Made by a program: the position numbers and the translations under genes. This document shows positions 1 through 6,981 of a stretch of DNA of 30,186 nucleotides, one piece after another. This DNA comes from Thermomicrobiales bacterium. Its GTDB lineage: Bacteria; Chloroflexota; Chloroflexia; Thermomicrobiales; CFX8. The stretch is taken from the NCBI GenBank assembly GCA_035304105.1, contig DATGQR010000391.1:1-30186 (forward strand), in the 5' to 3' direction. Numbering within the stretch: the first letter of the stretch is position 1; each line of letters opens with the position of its first letter. Under the pieces are notes generated by a model. The model worked only from the letters and a program-made list of their open reading frames with translations, did not search any database and was not told where the DNA came from.

Positions 1-719
1 CCGGTGGCAAAGTAGGGATTCTCGAAGAGCGCTTCAGTGGTGAAGACACCGTTGGCGTAGACCGTGCCGGTCGAGTTCATGAACTCCCAGAAGGGCGCGG
101 CGATGGCGTGGTTGGTGACGTCGTCGATGACCGCCACGGTGACGCCGGCAGCGGCCAGCGAGTCGTCCTGTGAGACGACGCCCTCGCGGCTCACCGTCTT
201 CGTCAGGAGCGTTCCGGGCGCTGCCGGCGGGCTGTCGAGCAGTGCCGCGAAGGTGGCGTATTGCGGCCCGTTGTCGTCGTCGGCATCCCCGGCGACGTTG
301 ACCCTGGCCGGTTGCCGCTGCTCGAAGATGTCATCGCCGAGCTGCATGCGCCCGGTGATCAGCTCGACGACCAGCAATCCGTTGGTCACGTCCCAGGGCG
401 GGCCGTCGGCGCGGTAGCTGTTGTCTTCCATTCGGGCCTTGTCGAAGTACTGCACGTTGCGCTGGCCGCCGGGCGCGTCGGCGTAGGGTTCCTGGAGGAC
501 GCTCGTATTGGCCTCGGGCCCCCACATCCAGGTACGCGCGGTCACGCCGTCGCGCACCGCCAGGTCGGTGCGTTCCCAGGTGCGCTGGAAGGCCGGCGTG
601 CCGGGCGGCGCGGCGCGCGCACCGTAGAGCGAGAGAAGCACCATCGCCAGCGCGGCCAGCAGGCCGGCTGCCGGCAGATGACGGCGGAAGAATCGAGCGC
701 CAGAAGCCCCCGGTACCAT
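1..719 (-). CDS. Secreted protein with a Chloroflexota-type conserved domain; runs off the left window edge, so the 3' end is missing
   Basis: Translated by hand (absent from the ORF track). ATG at 719, SD GGAAGGGG. MVPGASGARFFRRHLPAAGLLAALAMVLLSLYGARA is a signal peptide ending in A-x-A, followed by AFQRTWERTD..RTWMWGP..YADAPGGQRNVQYFDKARME..VTNGLLVVELITGRMQLGD..PFWEFMNS. Confidence 0.85.
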   Translation of the reverse strand, partial: MVPGASGARFFRRHLPAAGLLAALAMVLLSLYGARAAPPGTPAFQRTWERTDLAVRDGVTARTWMWGPEANTSVLQEPYADAPGGQRNVQYFDKARMEDNSYRADGPPWDVTNGLLVVELITGRMQLGDDIFEQRQPARVNVAGDADDDNGPQYATFAALLDSPPAAPGTLLTKTVSREGVVSQDDSLAAAGVTVAVIDDVTNHAIAAPFWEFMNSTGTVYANGVFTTEALFENPYFAT

Positions 720-1006
720 GGCAGCACCCCTTCCACGGCGACGCGAAAGGGTGGTACGAGCGTCGCCGATCCAATCCCTGTTCCATTCAGGTCAGTGGAG
801 CAGCCGCAGCGCCGGCCGGCGCTTGAGCCTGTCGGGGCACATCGTACTATCTCGCCGCCGGCGACGGGCGCTTCACTTTTCCGCATGCCCGCAGTCTAGC
901 CGCTGGGCGATTTTTCCGGAACCGCCCCGGCACGATATGGAATATCGAAGTTTCTCGATGCAGGCGCCATGCGCGGCCCATCGCACGTGAGGATGGTCGG
1001 CCGGGC

Positions 1007-2050
1007 CTAGTTCATCGTCAGTGCGCCGTCCCAGCCGTCCACCGTGTCGAGGGCGCGGCGGATGTAGCCGGCCAGCTCGTCGACGTTGGGCTGGCCGTCG
1101 ACGCGGTTGAGCGGCCGCTCGTAGGGTGGCAGGCCGGGCTCCAGGGCCCGGATCGCGGCGTGGATCTCAATGTGTGGGTCGGCGCCGTCGAGCGGCGGGG
1201 CGTGGACCAGCAGCGCCCGGTTGAAGCCGCGCGATTGCCAGCGCAGCACCATCTGGATGCCGCCGCGCTGGGCGTCGGCGACCAACTCGACCGGGTGCTG
1301 CCAGCGGTCGGTCGCCTGGGTCGCGGCGCTGGCCATGATCCGCGCCAGCTCCGAGCGACGGCTGATCTGCTCGCGGGTGCGGTAGACCTGCCCGGTGCGC
1401 TCGGCGTAGCCGCGGCGGACCTCCTCGCTGCGCCAGGCCAGCAGCCCGCCAGCCAGGATGGTGGCGTGGACGATCGCCACCGGGATCATGATGCCCGGCG
1501 TCTCGGTGCGGTAGATCTGGCGCCAGTCGCCGCCGTCGCCGGCGCCGCCGAGCGCGTCGAGGACCGGGTAGAAGATCAGCGCGTTGGCGATCTCCAGCGC
1601 GCCAAAGAGCAGCAGCACGTAGTTGATCGGTGCGCGCGTCGGCTTGAACCAGCCGATCGTCAGCGCCGCCAGACCGATGGCCACGCTGACGGCTGGCCCG
1701 GCCAGCGCGATGAAGCCTTGCTCGTAGGGCGTCAACCCGTAACCGTTGTAGGAGACGTAGCCATAGATGAAGTAGAAGCCGAAGTCGAGCACTTCGCGCC
1801 CGACTGCTCGGATCGCGGCGGCATGCCCCAACTCGTGGAGGATGATGCTGGCCGGGAGGAGGACGAAGATGACTAGCCGCAGCAGGCGGCTGCGCGTGTC
1901 GGCGGTCATCGGCTCGGCGAAAAGCGTCTCGTGGTGACGCACGGTGTCCCAGAGCGTGGCGATCGACGCCAGCGCCATGATCAGGCCGAGAATCCCTACT
2001 TCTTGAAAGATCGTGTCCGCTCCCGGATGATGCCGTTCTGAGGCCGCCAC
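1007..2050 (-). CDS. M50-family (site-2 protease-like) membrane zinc metalloprotease with extra soluble C-terminal domain
   Basis: LHELGH (HExxH) in a TM segment, ALAGP motif, several TM helices, GDW motif; GTG start. Confidence 0.8.
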   Translation of the reverse strand: MAASERHHPGADTIFQEVGILGLIMALASIATLWDTVRHHETLFAEPMTADTRSRLLRLVIFVLLPASIILHELGHAAAIRAVGREVLDFGFYFIYGYVSYNGYGLTPYEQGFIALAGPAVSVAIGLAALTIGWFKPTRAPINYVLLLFGALEIANALIFYPVLDALGGAGDGGDWRQIYRTETPGIMIPVAIVHATILAGGLLAWRSEEVRRGYAERTGQVYRTREQISRRSELARIMASAATQATDRWQHPVELVADAQRGGIQMVLRWQSRGFNRALLVHAPPLDGADPHIEIHAAIRALEPGLPPYERPLNRVDGQPNVDELAGYIRRALDTVDGWDGALTMN

Positions 2051-2095
2051 AACAGTCGCCGGAATTGTATCGATTCGTCGCTCACGATCGGGGCG

Positions 2096-2419
2096 TCACT
2101 CCGCGGGGAAGTCGGACCCGTCGAGCGGGCGCGCGGTGAAGGCCAGCGACGTGGCGTCGGGTTCGGCGTCGCGCAGCCAGACTGCGAAGCGGCGGCCGTC
2201 ATCCAGCACCAGCACCCTGGCATGGCGCATCGCGAGCGTCCCCGTCCGGCCGGCTTCGGCAGCCTGCAGGCGGCCGGAGACCGACAGCCGCTCGCTGCCG
2301 TCGCCGCCCGCTTCCCAGCCGAGCGTGAGCGCATAGAACACCGGGATCGCCCGGGCGTGCTGGCCGACCAGCAGTGTGCCCAGGCCGCGCGCGACCTGCC
2401 GCGGACGAGGATCGGACAT
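2096..2419 (-). CDS. Hypothetical protein (107 aa)
   Basis: ATG 2419 with AAGGA SD; alternating beta-strand pattern; no family recognised. Confidence 0.65.
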   Translation of the reverse strand: MSDPRPRQVARGLGTLLVGQHARAIPVFYALTLGWEAGGDGSERLSVSGRLQAAEAGRTGTLAMRHARVLVLDDGRRFAVWLRDAEPDATSLAFTARPLDGSDFPAE

Positions 2420-2460
2420 TGAGCAGTTCCTTTGCGCCGGGCAGCCGCGAATAGCCACCT

Positions 2461-2675
2461 AAAGAGGAGGCCCCGCGGCGCGGTGAAGGGTGGCGCGCCG
2501 CGGGGGTGTCGTTCCCTTGTCCCCTGGCTAAGGGGAACGGTCGAGGCGATACACTCCGACGGAGGGGCGAAAGAGCGGGGACCGCCGCCAGAGTGCCGGG
2601 TCACACTTGGTCGGATGTGACCCTGGGGGTAGGTGGGTGGAAAGACATCGGGGTGCCTTGTTCCACCTTGGGTGC
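2461..2675 (-). ncRNA. Candidate structured sRNA or leader RNA with C-rich loops
   Basis: Extended -10 TGCTACTAT (2690-2682); stems at 2636-2667, 2598-2623, about 2510-2540 and a 12-bp stem at 2471-2505 followed by CCUCCUCUUU. Confidence 0.5.
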
Positions 2676-2809
2676 AATTTGATAGTAGCAACGCCCCGCC
2701 GGAGCGTCGTGATGCCCCGGTCCAACGCCCGGGTATATGTCGAGTCATGCCTTTCGGATGCGTCACTCAGGGGCGCGACGACCCCGAAAACCGTACAATC
2801 CCTCTCACC

Positions 2810-3658
2810 ATGCACGCGCCACATCCGCCGATTCGAGGCTCGCTTCAAGAGTACGGCCGGGGGATCGCCGGTGGCCTGCTGTTCAGCCTGCCGATGCTCT
2901 ACACCATGGAAATGTGGCAGTTCGGCTTCATCCTCAGGCCCGAGCGGTTGCTGCTCTACGCGGTCATCAGCTTTGTCCTGCTGCTGGGCTACAACCGCTA
3001 TGCCGGGCTCCACCACGATGCCAGCTGGGCGGAAGTGGCAATCGACTCGGTCGAGGAGATGGGCATCGGCATCGTCCTCTCGGCGCTCTTCCTGGCCATC
3101 CTGGGCATCATCACGCTCGACATCGCGCTCTCCGAGGCGGTCGGCAAGACGGTCATCGCCGGGATGACCGTGGCGATGGGCGTCTCGGTCGGGACCGCCC
3201 AACTCGGCGCGCCGCCGGAAGATGAAGACGAAGCTGCAACAGCCCGGCGCCGCGAGCGCCCGTCGTCATTCCCCGAGCAGCTCGTCGTCGCTTTCATCGC
3301 CGCCATCCTGGTAGCCGGCAACATCGCGCCGACCGACGAGATCGCCATCCTGGGAATGTATCTGGGCACGCTGAACCTGGTCGCGCTGGTCCTGCTCTCG
3401 CTGGCGCTGATCGCCATGATCCTCTTCTTCGCCAACTTCACCGGGGCCGGCCGGCATGTGCCCGAGAACCTGACGCTGGCGACGGTCCTGGGCCGCTCGG
3501 CATCGTTCTACGCCGTCGCGCTGCTCGTTTCGGCGCTGATGCTGTGGTTCTTCGGCCGCTTCGAGGGCGCCGGGCTGATGCAGTGCCTTTCGGCGACGAT
3601 TGCGCTCGGCCTGGTCGCCAGCTTCGGCGCGTCGGCTGGGCGGCTGCTGCTGCAATGA
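2810..3658 (+). CDS. TIGR02587 family (DUF2391) integral membrane protein
   Basis: RGIAGGLLFSLPMLYTMEMW and NIAPTDEI motifs, about 8 TM helices; start chosen at ATG 2810, 10 nt downstream of TACAAT at 2794-2799. Confidence 0.85.
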   Translation: MHAPHPPIRGSLQEYGRGIAGGLLFSLPMLYTMEMWQFGFILRPERLLLYAVISFVLLLGYNRYAGLHHDASWAEVAIDSVEEMGIGIVLSALFLAILGIITLDIALSEAVGKTVIAGMTVAMGVSVGTAQLGAPPEDEDEAATARRRERPSSFPEQLVVAFIAAILVAGNIAPTDEIAILGMYLGTLNLVALVLLSLALIAMILFFANFTGAGRHVPENLTLATVLGRSASFYAVALLVSALMLWFFGRFEGAGLMQCLSATIALGLVASFGASAGRLLLQ

Positions 3659-3671
3659 GGAGTCCGGCCAG

Positions 3672-4052
3672 GTGGTGAGGAAGAACGCGCTGGAGTGGAG
3701 CATCTTCGCGGTCAGCGGCGTCCTGTTGCTCCTGGTCTTCGGTTACCTGGGCTACCACGCGTTGACGTCGGAGGATGAGCCGGCCGAAATCGAGATTGAG
3801 GTCGGCGTGGCGCACCCGCAGGGTGGACGCTACATCCTGCCGGTCTCCTTGCACAACCGTGGCGGCCAGTCGGTCGAGGATGTCGAGATCGAGATTAGCT
3901 TGCTCCAGGGCGGCGTGACGACCGAGACGGCCGCGATCACCATGCCTTTCCTTCCGCGACTGTCGACCCGCGAGGGCTCGGTCTTCTTCGACTCTGACCC
4001 TGCCCAGGCCGACGAGATCGAAACCCTCGTCATCGGTTACATCGTGCCCTGA
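3672..4052 (+). CDS. TIGR02588 family protein (single TM plus extracytoplasmic beta domain)
   Basis: GAGGAG SD then GTG; LEWSIFAVSGVLLLLV TM; LHNRGGQSVEDV and FLPRLSTREGSVFFDSDP motifs; directly follows TIGR02587. Confidence 0.8.
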   Translation: MVRKNALEWSIFAVSGVLLLLVFGYLGYHALTSEDEPAEIEIEVGVAHPQGGRYILPVSLHNRGGQSVEDVEIEISLLQGGVTTETAAITMPFLPRLSTREGSVFFDSDPAQADEIETLVIGYIVP

Positions 4053-4123
4053 GCGCCGCTCAGCTTCGGCTATGATCGTGCCGGGAATCAGCAGAGCACG
4101 ATCAGGGAACGGGAGCGCGGGAT

Positions 4124-4975
4124 ATGCGGCGTCGATTCAGCGAGTGGGAAATCGAGACCAATGGCATCACCACCGTCGTCAGCGAATGGGGCGCGGGCGA
4201 CCGCAACGCCGTCCTGCTCCACGGCGTCAGCGGCAACCGGCACTACTGGTCCGACCTGGCCGAGGAGCTGGTCGCCGAGGGCTGGCACGTCTTCGCCCCG
4301 GATCTGCGCGGCGCTGGCGAGAGCAAGATCGACTCGGACGATCAGGTCGGTCGCGAGATCCAGACTTACGTCGAAGACCTGCGCGCCTGGACGAGCGCGC
4401 TAGGGCTGGAATCCTTCGTTTTGGCCGGGCACTCCTTTGGCGGGCGGCTGGCAGTCGACTTCACGGCGGCCTACCCAGAGCAGGTCGAGCGGCTGATCCT
4501 GATCGCGGCGGCCGGGCCGGATGCCCTGGCGGAAGTCGCCAAAGCCCACCCGGAGCTGGTTGACCCTGCCTCCCCGGGCTTCGGGGAGCTGGCCGAGATC
4601 GAAGGGCCGGTCATCGAGGTGCTGCAGCGGCTTCATCAGCGCCAGCCCGACCGAGCCGTCACCCGCGCCGTCGTGCGCCGTTGGCTGGAGAACCTGGATA
4701 TCGGCCCGGACGGCTACGCCCGCCACCACAACATCACAGCCACCGCCGACGCGCAGATGAACATCATCCGCACCGTCGACCAGACCCCGCTGCTGGCGAA
4801 GATCAGCCAGCCGACGGTGGTGTTGCGCTCGGTCAACGAATCGCGCATGTTGCGCCACGTCATCCCGCACTACGCCGAGCAGATCCCCAACGCCACCTTC
4901 ATCGACGATGTCCCCGGCGGCCACGACACCCCGACCGCCGCGCCGGACTACGTCCTGCGCGCGTTCCGGGATTAG
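4124..4975 (+). CDS. Alpha/beta fold hydrolase
   Basis: LLHG oxyanion motif, APDLRGAG, GHSFGG nucleophile elbow, C-terminal GGH. Confidence 0.9.
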   Translation: MRRRFSEWEIETNGITTVVSEWGAGDRNAVLLHGVSGNRHYWSDLAEELVAEGWHVFAPDLRGAGESKIDSDDQVGREIQTYVEDLRAWTSALGLESFVLAGHSFGGRLAVDFTAAYPEQVERLILIAAAGPDALAEVAKAHPELVDPASPGFGELAEIEGPVIEVLQRLHQRQPDRAVTRAVVRRWLENLDIGPDGYARHHNITATADAQMNIIRTVDQTPLLAKISQPTVVLRSVNESRMLRHVIPHYAEQIPNATFIDDVPGGHDTPTAAPDYVLRAFRD

Positions 4976-5099
4976 GCCGCCCCAACCCAGTTGCGCTGCG
5001 GGCCCCGCGGATGACTGAGAAGCCGGGTGGAGCTCGTCTCCACCCGGAAAGAACGACGGCGCGACGAGGAAAAAATCGTCCTCTGACCGGCAATGACAA

Positions 5100-5125
5100 C
5101 GGCCCCGGCATCATCGCCGGGGCCG
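5100..5125. terminator. Likely bidirectional terminator hairpin between the convergent hydrolase and htrA genes
   Basis: CGGCCCCGGC-atcatc-GCCGGGGCCG perfect 10-bp stem; a second 10-bp hairpin lies at 5023-5047. Confidence 0.6.
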
Positions 5126-5141
5126 CGTCGTGTCCCTTGGC

Positions 5142-6488
5142 TTAGCCGTCGAGATCGGCCGGGCGCTCGCCGAGGGTGACCTGGAAGGTCAGCGTCTCGC
5201 CGGTGCTCGGCCGGTAGACCTCGACGTCGATCGTGTCGCCCGGCGCGTACTGGAACAAGATCGTCTGCAGCGAGCGGTTCTGGGTGATCTCCTCGCCGTT
5301 CAGCTTGGTGATGATGTCGTCGACCTGGATGCCGCTGTTGGCGACCGGCCCGCCGGGTGTCATCTCCATGACGATCGCGCCATAGTCGATCGGCAGGTCT
5401 TCGGCAGCCGCCAGGCTGGGCGTCAGGATCTGGAACGTTATGCCCAGGAAGGGCCGCACCACCTGGCCGGTGTTGATGATCTGGTCGACGATGTCGCGCA
5501 CCGTGTTGCTGGGCACCGCGAAGGCCAGGCCTTCGGCCGTAATGCCGGTGCCGGCGTTGCGGATGACCGCCGTGTTGACGCCGACGACTTCGCCGCGCAT
5601 GTTCAGCAGCGGCCCGCCGGAGTTACCGGGGTTGATCGCCGCGTCGTGCTGGATCAAGTTATCAAGGTCGTCGAGTTGGCGGCCCAGACCCGAGATAACG
5701 CCAGTGGTGATCGTGTTGGTGTAGTCGCCCAGCGCGCTGCCAATCGCCACGATCGGCTCGCCGGGGCGCAGCGCGTCGGAGTCGCCCAGCGGCACGACGG
5801 CGGGCACCTCGGCGTCGACCTTGATGACCGCCAGGTCGGTGCGCGCGTCGGCGCCGACGAGCTGGCCGGTTACCGCCGTGCCGTCAGTGAAGATCACGCG
5901 CAGCTCGTCGCTGCCCTGGACGACGTGGTGGTTGGTGACGATGTAGCCGTCTTCGCTGATGATGAAGCCGGTGCCCGCGCCGGCCGGCACAATCTGATCG
6001 GCATCGCCGAAGAAGCCGCCGGCGAAGCGCTGCTCGTTGATGATCGTCACTACAGCCGGGCTGACCTGCTCGAAGATGTCGGCCGGAGTCGCATCGGTAC
6101 CCTGGTCGCTTGGCGCCGTCGGCTCGTCCTGCGCCGCCTCATCGCCCGTCTGGGCGACCGTCTGGGCCTCGTCGGCGGTGTCCGGGGCGGTCGTCGGCGT
6201 GGGCGCCGAGGTCTGCTCTCCGGTCGGGGTGGCGGTGGCGACGGCTCCGCTCCCGTTGTCATCTCCCTCGTTGAGCGCATAGCCGATCACGCCGCCGACG
6301 ACCCCGCCGCCGATCACCCCGAAGAACAGGACGACGACGGCGATCAGCGCGGCCAGGCGACGGCTGATTCCACCATCGCCGTTGCCGCCGTTATTGCGGC
6401 CAGCCGACGGTGGTTCGCTCGGAGGTTGTGGATACTGATAATAGGGGCGTGATGAAGAGGACCACTGCTGTCTGTCGCGATCGTACAT
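5142..6488 (-). CDS. htrA: HtrA/DegP-family S1C serine protease: N-terminal TM anchor, T/A/E-rich linker, one PDZ domain
   Basis: GTGFIISEDGYIVTNHHV, TDLAVIKV, DAAINPGNSGGPL, C-terminal PDZ (FLGI...GGP..DDII). Confidence 0.95.
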   Translation of the reverse strand: MYDRDRQQWSSSSRPYYQYPQPPSEPPSAGRNNGGNGDGGISRRLAALIAVVVLFFGVIGGGVVGGVIGYALNEGDDNGSGAVATATPTGEQTSAPTPTTAPDTADEAQTVAQTGDEAAQDEPTAPSDQGTDATPADIFEQVSPAVVTIINEQRFAGGFFGDADQIVPAGAGTGFIISEDGYIVTNHHVVQGSDELRVIFTDGTAVTGQLVGADARTDLAVIKVDAEVPAVVPLGDSDALRPGEPIVAIGSALGDYTNTITTGVISGLGRQLDDLDNLIQHDAAINPGNSGGPLLNMRGEVVGVNTAVIRNAGTGITAEGLAFAVPSNTVRDIVDQIINTGQVVRPFLGITFQILTPSLAAAEDLPIDYGAIVMEMTPGGPVANSGIQVDDIITKLNGEEITQNRSLQTILFQYAPGDTIDVEVYRPSTGETLTFQVTLGERPADLDG

Positions 6489-6529
6489 CCGTGTGCTTTT
6501 CCGTTCTGTGCCCGATGCCTGTCGATGTG

Positions 6530-6583
6530 ATTGTCGCGTGTCTGGCTGAACGCTACCTGAATCATGGCTGAATTCTGGCTAAA
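6530..6583 (-). promoter_or_regulatory. htrA promoter: four TT(C/T)AG(C/G) hexamers at 11-bp period, then N9-GACAAT
   Basis: Plus strand TGGCTGAA 6543, TACCTGAA 6554, TGGCTGAA 6565, TGGCTAAA 6576; exact 11-bp spacing is typical of OmpR/PhoB-family sites. Confidence 0.7.
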
Positions 6584-6639
6584 ACCCTACCGGAATTATG
6601 ACGAATCCGTAGCTCCGGCGGCTTGTTCTTGAGGCTTCA

Positions 6640-6856
6640 ATGACGCCGGCCGCCTCGTGCGATTCGAGGCGGCCGGAGAGTAAGGAGGGTGTGGGGGTGT
6701 GTTGTGGGCCGTTCCGGCCGGGGGAAGGCGGAACAGCTCCTCGCTCTTCTGGCGTGGAGAGTTCGCGTGCCGGGTCCCGGCCGTGGGCGGCGGGGGGGAC
6801 GCCGCCGGGGTGGTGTGCTCTGAGGCCCGGCGCGCGAAACGCCATCACGTTTTCTA
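6640..6856 (-). ncRNA. Candidate sRNA with C-rich loops and an anti-SD tract
   Basis: Loops UCCCCCC (stem 6786-6806) and UUCCCCC (stem 6708-6737), single-stranded CCCUCCUU (6689-6682), terminal 12-bp hairpin 6646-6676. Confidence 0.6.
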
Positions 6857-6862
6857 TGCTCT

Positions 6863-6916
6863 ATGATCGTGCCCCTAGCTGAACCGCGGGTTAAGTGTTC
6901 CTGAGAATAACCTGAA
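6863..6916 (-). promoter_or_regulatory. Second 4x11-bp direct-repeat promoter with the same orientation and spacing as the htrA one
   Basis: Minus strand TTCAGG-N5-CTCAGG-N5-TTAACC-N5-TTCAGC-N9-GATCAT. Confidence 0.65.
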
Positions 6917-6981
6917 ATCTCCGCGGCAGGCACAATTGCGCCGGCTGGTCGCGGGCCGGCTGTGGCCACGAAGGGGGCGCG

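Noticed and set aside
64-990. ORF-track entries 64..417, 261..899, 331..786, 542..886 and 718..990
   Set aside because: Antisense or off-frame shadows of the real minus-strand gene starting at 719; low-complexity R/A/P-rich translations typical of high-GC DNA.
2484-2500. T-box-like AAGGGTGG
   Set aside because: Not followed by nACCGCG, no stem I, no amino-acid or aaRS gene downstream.
2528-2597. Cobalamin riboswitch-like fragments on the plus strand (TAAGGGGAACGG ... GCCAGAGTGCC)
   Set aside because: Lacks the GGUGnAAnUCC T-loop and GCAACUGU elements; no B12-related gene downstream. A cmscan would settle it.
2742-2772. Hammerhead-like CUGAGUGA...GAAA on the minus strand
   Set aside because: The core has an extra nucleotide, the 7 nt between GA and GAAA cannot form stem II, and stems I and III are absent.
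2633-2809. Long N-terminal extension of the TIGR02587 ORF, and similar over-long starts at 2458, 3600, 17067, 18503, 19341, 22557, 24478 and 26511
   Set aside because: Downstream starts have proper SD or promoter context and family-like N-termini; the extensions overlap promoters, repeats or neighbouring genes.
6690-6882. Plus-strand small ORF after AAGGAGG at 6682-6688
   Set aside because: G/R/P low-complexity product and no upstream plus-strand promoter seen. The tract is better explained as the anti-SD of the minus-strand RNA, but this is not excluded without Ribo-seq.
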